This document shows, in pieces, positions 57,589-64,000 of a stretch of DNA of 64,000 bases. The stretch comes from Candidatus Undinarchaeota archaeon. Lineage in GTDB: Archaea > SpSt-1190 > JASMDC01. The stretch is from assembly GCA_964519305.1 (NCBI GenBank), contig CAZFHY010000005.1:96001-160000 (forward strand), given 5' to 3'. The notes beneath the pieces are model-generated. The model made no database searches, was not told where the DNA came from, and saw nothing but the letters and a program-made list of their open reading frames with translations. How positions within the stretch are numbered: position 1 is the stretch's first letter; the number at the start of each line of letters is the position of its first letter. The translations under genes were made by a program, and so were the position numbers.

Positions 57589-58560
57589 CTAGTTCCCCGG
57601 AAGGAATTGTCCCCCCTCAACGAGCGCACGCTTGAGCGTCAGCACCCGCAGATCGTCCATGGTGACGTCCTCATCGCCAGCAAGAGCCTCCAATGTACCG
57701 GGCGGTAGCCCTTCTCCGCCATTGAGCTTCTCTTCGGGTCCCAGAGCATCCGGGTGGGAGCAGCGAAGAAGGTGTAGGATGAGGCGATTCCTTACCCTGA
57801 GATAGAATGCCCCTAAAGCCTCACGATCACCGACACCTGCCACCCCTGCTTCGCCCACCATGAGGGATAATCGGGATGATCGGATAAAACCGTGTACTCC
57901 CAAGGCGCGGTCCAGCCCTTTCAGTGCTGCGCCCCGAGCACCGTGTTCGTCTGCGGCCACCCCACAGAACGTGACTCGCTGACCACTGGCCTCCAGCTCC
58001 TGACAGACGAAGGACGCGAGCTTCCGAAGGTCCTGAGGTCGTCCCGTGACAAGAAAGGAATCGAGCGCTGTGCCTGACGACCATTCGACAAGGACGTCCA
58101 GGGCAGAGGATATGTACACGAAAAGGTGATTGATGAGCCAACGGAACATTGCCAGCCACCCTCTGCCGATGGAGATGAGCACGAGACCAATTGCGTCCAT
58201 TACAGTGCCGGTCTCCAGGAGGAGCTGGTCCACACCCCCCCGCACTTCGGCATAGGTCCGCGGATAATAACGGTTGCGGCGCCGGTATGCATCGTTCGCA
58301 CCGTGCAGGATTCCCATTATCAGGGGGAGCAGCACGAGGATCATGAAGCGGAAACTGATACCGAAAGCCCGGCGAGTGGCATATGACGCGATGCGATCCA
58401 GCCAGGGGATATGCTCGACGAAGGGGATATATGGTGCGATGAACACCAGCATCCAGAACCACGATACAGCAAGGCTCAACCGCGCCAAGAGGTCGCCCGA
58501 GCGCTGAGTGCGGATAATATGACCATAGAGCGTTACCCAGTCCGCGAACGCCCGCAACAT
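57589..58560 (-). CDS. Hypothetical membrane protein
   Basis: Long ORF with 2-3 hydrophobic segments inside the co-oriented cluster; start uncertain. Confidence 0.5.
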   Translation of the reverse strand: MLRAFADWVTLYGHIIRTQRSGDLLARLSLAVSWFWMLVFIAPYIPFVEHIPWLDRIASYATRRAFGISFRFMILVLLPLIMGILHGANDAYRRRNRYYPRTYAEVRGGVDQLLLETGTVMDAIGLVLISIGRGWLAMFRWLINHLFVYISSALDVLVEWSSGTALDSFLVTGRPQDLRKLASFVCQELEASGQRVTFCGVAADEHGARGAALKGLDRALGVHGFIRSSRLSLMVGEAGVAGVGDREALGAFYLRVRNRLILHLLRCSHPDALGPEEKLNGGEGLPPGTLEALAGDEDVTMDDLRVLTLKRALVEGGQFLPGN

Positions 58561-58570
58561 GACATTCACC

Positions 58571-59119
58571 TCATGTGCACTGGCCCTTGCCATCAGTGCT
58601 TGTCCAGCATGTACGGAAGATGAACAGGTAGATGTCCTCGAACTGGTCGGTATACGCCTGCAAACGGCATTTGGGATCGGTCTTGCACTTATTGTACTTC
58701 TCATAGTCGCCTGCGGTGAGGATAGGCCTGTCAATCGAACCCACGTAAAGGTAGTAGTGCATACTGTATCGCTCCAGGAAGCGATTGGAGAACATCCGCA
58801 TCTTCTTATGGATCACTGGAGGTGTGTAGGTCTTGGCGTCCTTGATGCCCACCTTCTTGTCCTCCTTGGCCGATTTGATGAGGTCATAGATCGTTATATG
58901 CTGCTCAAGGTCGTCATCCGTAGCCGACAGCAGACCCAGGAGAGCGTTGTTCACCATACGGTCGAAGAACTTCTTCTCGATACCATAGGCGCCCGCTGTG
59001 AGCGACTGTCGCACGAGCATGATCGTGGCCACCATGATGACGGCTGCGATGAGCACCACCCCAAGCATGCCTGCCTGGGAACGCCGGGAACCGATGAACA
59101 GTCTTCGTCTCGTCACCAT
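58571..59119 (-). CDS. Class III signal peptide (pilin-like) protein
   Basis: Basic leader ending RRS|Q followed by hydrophobic MLGVVLIAAVIMVATIML. Confidence 0.65.
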   Translation of the reverse strand: MVTRRRLFIGSRRSQAGMLGVVLIAAVIMVATIMLVRQSLTAGAYGIEKKFFDRMVNNALLGLLSATDDDLEQHITIYDLIKSAKEDKKVGIKDAKTYTPPVIHKKMRMFSNRFLERYSMHYYLYVGSIDRPILTAGDYEKYNKCKTDPKCRLQAYTDQFEDIYLFIFRTCWTSTDGKGQCT

Positions 59120-59123
59120 GGTA

Positions 59124-60122
59124 TCACCAGTCGTACTCGATCGCCGCCACCCGCAGCACGGCCAGATGCACGGGCTTGGTCCGCAGGGTGGTCGGTCGGC
59201 CGTCGCAGTAGTATGAGATGGCCGCAGGGAACTCGTAGATTATCTTTCGCTTGATGACCTTCTTCTGACGTCCCTCTCGCAGGGCCTGGAGGTCACGATC
59301 GGATGGGCCGATACGCCAGTAGGCACAGCGCATGCAGTCGATGTTAACATGAACGCTGGGATCCATAAGGTTGGTACCGGGAGCAGGATCGGGTGTCAGC
59401 CACCCAGGATGTGCAGCAGCACAGTTCTTGGGATAAGGGGTTGCCGATGGATTGGGGCGCACGGGAACGCACATATCCCCGGTCGATCCTACCGATGAGA
59501 CAGTCCGGTCCCAGTTCACTGTTCCGGGGGAACAATCGAACTGTTGTCGTTCCTCCTTGCGGCAGTTAGAGAGCCGTACCTCGCCCTTGGTATCGTCGCC
59601 GACACGGCACTTGACCGCGTCATTCTGACATCGTCGGATCTCCCGTTCACGGTCCTCACGTGTGGGCTCCTCATCGGCCCTCAAGCGGCACTCCGAAGCG
59701 GTCCCTTCACAATCCTCCATGTCCTGAGCATAGTCCTTGTAACACTTGTCGATCTTCTCGCGATAGTCACCCTCGAGATCGAACACCTCTATCTCCCAGT
59801 CGATCCGGTTCTCCTGAAGGTACTCCTTGAGGTCATCGTAGTTTGCAGTGGAGAGCTTGATGGGATCGAACACGGCCGTCTTCTTCTGACCCGATGGGCT
59901 CGATGCCACAAGGAACTCGGAGGACGACACGCGCTCGGCTATCTCGAAGACCATATCATGAGCAGTAGCGGAGAACTTGCTCATGTTCATGGAGCGCTGG
60001 ACCTTTGCCACCATCATGATGAAGAAGAAGAACATGAAGAACAGGAAGAACATGGTCATGTACATCTCGATGGTGTTCATCGAGAGGCCGCGCCTATCCC
60101 TGAGAAGGTCACGTCGTACCAT
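59124..60122 (-). CDS. Class III signal peptide (pilin-like) Cys-rich protein
   Basis: RDRRG|LSMNTIEMYMTMFFLFF..; helical Cys-spaced insertion. Confidence 0.7.
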   Translation of the reverse strand: MVRRDLLRDRRGLSMNTIEMYMTMFFLFFMFFFFIMMVAKVQRSMNMSKFSATAHDMVFEIAERVSSSEFLVASSPSGQKKTAVFDPIKLSTANYDDLKEYLQENRIDWEIEVFDLEGDYREKIDKCYKDYAQDMEDCEGTASECRLRADEEPTREDREREIRRCQNDAVKCRVGDDTKGEVRLSNCRKEERQQFDCSPGTVNWDRTVSSVGSTGDMCVPVRPNPSATPYPKNCAAAHPGWLTPDPAPGTNLMDPSVHVNIDCMRCAYWRIGPSDRDLQALREGRQKKVIKRKIIYEFPAAISYYCDGRPTTLRTKPVHLAVLRVAAIEYDW

Positions 60123-60125
60123 ATC

Positions 60126-61580
60126 TCAAACCCTCGGGAGGCTGCATTCCAGCAGCTTCGATTGTTTAGAGGATAGCCGGCCACCGATGCTCTGGGTGAC
60201 AATGCAGTTGGAGAGGGCGGAAGCATCCGGCGGGGCGTGGGTGCAGTACTGATCATCATAGAGCACAGGATCGCTCATCCCGTCCAGGGTCTCAAGAAGG
60301 ATACGGGGATCACGGTAGCTCTCGAGCGCCGCGAGGATCAACTCGAGCTCGGTCTGAACCTCATTGAGATAGAACTTCTGGTCCTTGTCATAACTGCCGC
60401 TAAGGGGACAGGGGCAGTCCTGGCCTTTAGGACAGAATATACGCTTGAGGACCTCCGTCTTGCGCTTTGTACGGTTTATGTAGGAATAGAGCTGGTTATA
60501 TTGATAGGCTGCCGCGTAAAAGGGTCCGTCTGGAGAAACCACGTACTGCAGTAGCGGGTAGGCGTTCTGAGTTGGGCAGAAGTAGTAAGCGAAATCGTGC
60601 TCGTCGAAAGTCTCCTGATTGAACACATTGAGCTCGAACCGCGTACGATAGGGACAGTCGCGGTGGGCGTCGTTGGTAGAGCGCTGGAGCACGATTACAT
60701 CGGTCGCGTTCACTCGCGGGATGGCTGCAGCGACCTCTGCTTTGATATCGTCCGGTTGCCGGTTGGACTGGGTGATGACTACCACGACCTTCTTGGCGTT
60801 CTGGTTCGGGAAGAATATGCCTTTGGCATTTGTGTTCAGGATGTGCTCGATCACGTTGTAATCACATGCGCTCTCGAGCCCCGCCCGCTTGCGGACCATG
60901 TCCAGATCGAAGGCGTACGAGATGGTCAGCGACTTCTTCTTGGTGAAGAACATGTACTCCCTATCGCCCGGGATTATGACCTCGTCGTAGTTGGAAAGCG
61001 AATCTGTGATCTTCGAGATTAACTCCTTCTGACGTTGTGACTCGTCCTCATGTCCCGTTGCACCAACGCAGTCAGGGATGATTATCATCTCTAGTGGCGG
61101 GTAGATGAGCACGATGTTCGTGGTCATGGACACCGATGAGAACGTATTGGCCATGGAGAACTTCTTGATAGCGAGCTGCTTGAACTGGGGGTACCTGATC
61201 TCTGAAGAGATTATGTTCCGTGCCGAGAGGGTGAGGTCGACCTTCGAGTCACCCAGGTCGATGAAGAGCTTCTTCTTGAGAAGGGGTTCGCCCTCCGCCT
61301 GAGGCACGATCTCGTCCTCGAATGATAGCGAGTACTTTTCCTTGCCAAAAGAGGGGAGAGAGTATACCTGCTCCATCTCAGAAGGTGATCCTATTGCGAT
61401 CGAGATGAAGTTGTTAATGCCTGAGATAAGGGCCTGGCCGGTAGAGATGTGCAGGACCTCTGACTCGCCGACCATGAACCGGTAAGCGAGCATGAAGAAC
61501 ACAGCGCCCGCCATCATACCCATGATGACCGTGAACCACCATGCAATGCTCCCGCGTCGTCCTGTCCAGAGGTCCATCAT
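60126..61580 (-). CDS. Class III signal peptide protein, possible vWA-like adhesin
   Basis: GRRG|SIAWWFTVIMGMM..; EMIIIPD and AKKVVVVIT strands. Confidence 0.6.
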   Translation of the reverse strand: MMDLWTGRRGSIAWWFTVIMGMMAGAVFFMLAYRFMVGESEVLHISTGQALISGINNFISIAIGSPSEMEQVYSLPSFGKEKYSLSFEDEIVPQAEGEPLLKKKLFIDLGDSKVDLTLSARNIISSEIRYPQFKQLAIKKFSMANTFSSVSMTTNIVLIYPPLEMIIIPDCVGATGHEDESQRQKELISKITDSLSNYDEVIIPGDREYMFFTKKKSLTISYAFDLDMVRKRAGLESACDYNVIEHILNTNAKGIFFPNQNAKKVVVVITQSNRQPDDIKAEVAAAIPRVNATDVIVLQRSTNDAHRDCPYRTRFELNVFNQETFDEHDFAYYFCPTQNAYPLLQYVVSPDGPFYAAAYQYNQLYSYINRTKRKTEVLKRIFCPKGQDCPCPLSGSYDKDQKFYLNEVQTELELILAALESYRDPRILLETLDGMSDPVLYDDQYCTHAPPDASALSNCIVTQSIGGRLSSKQSKLLECSLPRV

Positions 61581-61650
61581 CAGTACCCGATGGCTCGGTC
61601 CTCCCTATTGTACGGTGTCCTCCCCAGGCTATATACCTTGGCGCTCCGCA

Positions 61651-62301
61651 TCACGTCCCCTCCTTAAGGCGTCCGGATTCCTTCAGTGCTGTGAGAAGGT
61701 CCCCCTCACACTCGTTCTCCGCGGCAGCGGCGCTCTCGAGCGATGATGGCATTGTCGTCAGTCTACATACCATGGATTTCCCTCGGAGCAGTTCTGCCTC
61801 GGCCTTGAGGGCCTCCTCTGTCACGGCGTATCCAGTGACCACCATCTCTACATTACATCGCCCATCGCTGCCATCCAGGATGCGGAACTGCACGGACATG
61901 CCCCCTGCATCGAGACCTGTCCGGGCCGGGCGACAGTTTGCGAACCTCGTTCTGAAGCTCTCCGGATCGCCGGTACAGTCCATCTCCATCACGAACAGGT
62001 AATAGTATCCGGCCGTCAGCAGCAGGATACCGCACAGGATTAGGAAGAGCACGGCCGGGAGCATGGACGGTTTCCCACGTCGGGCGCGATGCTTGGCAAT
62101 GGGTGGCGGTGGCGCCTCGGGCTCGGATACTTCGTCAACGCTCTCTTCGACCTCCTCTGTCGCTCCCCCGAGCAAGCGGTCTAAAGCACCGTCCACGTCG
62201 TCCTGCTCATAACCGGCCTCCTTCAGACGTTCGCGGACCTCGTCCTCGGTATAGCCGTCCTTGAAGCAGTCCTTGATGTAATCCTCGAGCGCATCGCCCA
62301 T
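61651..62301 (-). CDS. Single-pass membrane protein with an N-terminal short helical module and a Cys-containing ectodomain
   Basis: DYIKDCFKDGYTEDEVRERLKEAGY, TM helix, C..F...C.P..C..C..C. Confidence 0.65.
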   Translation of the reverse strand: MGDALEDYIKDCFKDGYTEDEVRERLKEAGYEQDDVDGALDRLLGGATEEVEESVDEVSEPEAPPPPIAKHRARRGKPSMLPAVLFLILCGILLLTAGYYYLFVMEMDCTGDPESFRTRFANCRPARTGLDAGGMSVQFRILDGSDGRCNVEMVVTGYAVTEEALKAEAELLRGKSMVCRLTTMPSSLESAAAAENECEGDLLTALKESGRLKEGT

Positions 62302-62347
62302 TGATAGGTGATTGAAAACGGGCTATCTTTAAGTTGATTATGATGAT

Positions 62348-62381
62348 GGCCGGGGGGCCGCGCGCGGCACGACCCCCGGCC
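62348..62381 (-). terminator. GC-rich hairpin downstream of the pilin-like gene 62403-63227
   Basis: GGCCGGGGG / CCCCCGGCC stem enclosing the palindrome GCCGCGCGCGGC; no clear T tract. Confidence 0.45.
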
Positions 62382-62402
62382 TATTCATCCTTTCCTCTTC
62401 TT

Positions 62403-63227
62403 CTACTCTTCGCTGTGCACCTGAAGGTGGAAAGCCGCCGAGTCGTACCAGAGGTAGCAGCCCTGCGCGTTGTTCCCCGAACACTTGTCCACTGGGTTCT
62501 GACGGCAGTTCTCGGGGATACAGGCATTACATCCCTCGCCCCATTCCTTGCAGATACCGTCCTCGAAACCACCAGGGCAGGAGGGCTTGTACTCGCACAC
62601 TTCGACCGTGAACGCCCAGCGGCCGTTAGGGGCCTCGAGCGGGTCGCGCGGGAGCTCAAGAGAGACCTTGACATCGTTGGCCTGTTCGCCATCGACGCGG
62701 ATACCGGCCTCGCCCACGAACCAGTTGTTGGGCTTACACTTGCCCGCACCGGCCCAGCACGACTGAGGTGTGTACCGCTTCAGCTTCTTCTTCAACTGGT
62801 CCTCATCCGTCACTGATGTCCAGTCCGTCCCCGATGACAGCGATCCTGACATAGAGCTCTTGGAGATCTCAATGCTATACGATCCAGGGCCGTCAAGGCC
62901 CAGCAGATGCGGGAACACACAGAAGCATTTGGTCTCGGGGCTGATATTGTTAATTACCACCGAGATATCGCGTCTCCGCTCCTTTCGTGTCATTTTAATC
63001 GAGGTGGGAATCGACAGCATGACCTTCTCGTTCTTGGTCTTGATATCGTTAAGGATGCGTTCACGCATCGTGTCCGATACCTCGTCCGACATCCCCATGA
63101 TGCTGCTTGCCATTTTACTGATGTACTTTACACCGACGGTCAGCATCAGACCGCCCAGGATAACCATCACTAAGAAAGTGAAAGACATCTGGATGGTACC
63201 CCTCTTGTTCAGGAACCCTTTACGCAT
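62403..63227 (-). CDS. Class III signal peptide (pilin-like) Cys-rich protein
   Basis: NKRG|TIQMSFTFLVMVILGGLML; GGTGA RBS; TATTTAAA upstream. Confidence 0.75.
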   Translation of the reverse strand: MRKGFLNKRGTIQMSFTFLVMVILGGLMLTVGVKYISKMASSIMGMSDEVSDTMRERILNDIKTKNEKVMLSIPTSIKMTRKERRRDISVVINNISPETKCFCVFPHLLGLDGPGSYSIEISKSSMSGSLSSGTDWTSVTDEDQLKKKLKRYTPQSCWAGAGKCKPNNWFVGEAGIRVDGEQANDVKVSLELPRDPLEAPNGRWAFTVEVCEYKPSCPGGFEDGICKEWGEGCNACIPENCRQNPVDKCSGNNAQGCYLWYDSAAFHLQVHSEE

Positions 63228-63314
63228 GGTATTCACCTTAATAGACCGTGAACACGTTTACTCTTTAAATAGCTCTTGTTAGGGTTGTGTGTTAGATAGC
63301 ACTCGCGGGTCCCG

Positions 63315-63998
63315 TTATTCATCAAGATCAATGATGAACGCTTCACTGTCGTACCACGAATAGCAGTCATCCTTCGTCCACTCGTCGCACGCGTACACGG
63401 GCTCTTGACGACAGAATTCCGGCATGCAGGCCTCACAGCCCACAAGCCACTCAATACACCGGGATGGGTCCGCCGGATCCCACCTGTCGCACGGCGGGCG
63501 GTACTCGCATACGTCCATGATGAAGCTCCATCGCCCTACAGGGGCTTCCCGAGCAGAGGGAGTTATGTCCAGGAGCATCCCGATCGAGGCCCGACCCCCG
63601 GGCGAGACCGTGATGTCTGATCTTCCTTCGAACCAGGAGTTCGGACGGCACTGACCGTCGCCGGCCCAACATTCGCGAGGAGAAGCGCCCATGAGCGCGT
63701 TCACGGTGGAGGGATCGTCCAAACCCTCCCACCACTCCTCGTGTAGCGAATCGAGGTCGCGGTCGATCGTGTAACCCCCCGAACCCAGACCGTCTAGCGA
63801 CACGAGGTGCGGGTAGACGCAAAAGCACCGCCGATAGTCGCCATCGTTGGTAATGGCCACGACGACGCTCCGCTCAGGTCCAGATCGACTTATGGAGATG
63901 AGCGAGGGGATGGAAAGGCCCACTCGCTTGTTCGTTGTTCGCATCTCCTTCTGAAGTCTTTCGCGTTCGGTAAGGGCCGGATCGCCTGTCAGGTTGCC
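63315..63998 (-). CDS. Paralog of the pilin-like protein at 62403-63227 (5'-partial; frame open to window edge)
   Basis: Shared LSIP, CFCV.PHL..LDG, CWAG.G.C.PN.WF, EAP.GRW.F...VCEY.P.C, WYDS.AF. Confidence 0.75.
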   Translation of the reverse strand, partial: GNLTGDPALTERERLQKEMRTTNKRVGLSIPSLISISRSGPERSVVVAITNDGDYRRCFCVYPHLVSLDGLGSGGYTIDRDLDSLHEEWWEGLDDPSTVNALMGASPRECWAGDGQCRPNSWFEGRSDITVSPGGRASIGMLLDITPSAREAPVGRWSFIMDVCEYRPPCDRWDPADPSRCIEWLVGCEACMPEFCRQEPVYACDEWTKDDCYSWYDSEAFIIDLDE

Positions 63999-64000
63999 GG

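Overview
GC-rich archaeal chromosomal DNA, almost fully coding; no rRNA, convincing tRNA, CRISPR or mobile element seen. 1-3.6 kb: end of an A-type ATP synthase operon (atpA partial, atpB, atpD), then a Gfo/Idh/MocA oxidoreductase. 5.0-28.1 kb: 19 tightly packed, co-oriented genes of an H4MPT-type Wood-Ljungdahl pathway (cdhABC-cooC-cdhDE, mtd, ftr, fwdGDBAC, an HdrC/GltD-like flavoprotein fusion, an HdrA-MvhD fusion, a second fwd set with fused D-B, mch). No mer, mtr, mcr, hdrB, fwdF or hydrogenase is in the window. 28.5-39 kb: Cys-rich surface proteins, archaeal riboflavin genes, pdaD, hisS, a thioredoxin-like membrane protein and a DUF835 protein. 39-50 kb: candidate lipid/envelope-modification island (carS, two tandem tetraether-synthase-like radical SAM paralogs, a B12-radical SAM, a methyltransferase, two GT39/ArnT-like transferases). 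50-57 kb: kinase-fold orphan, ppsA, rpl10e and a DUF4178/SPFH-SHOCT operon. 57-64 kb: class III signal peptide (pilin-like) genes, two with divergent paralogs nearby. Best candidates for new biology: the HdrB-less NAD(P)H/HdrA-MvhD/Fwd cassette, the Tes-like pair island, the 48-aa disulfide-repeat surface protein and the paired pilin paralogs. All family calls come from motif recognition by eye; no searches were run.
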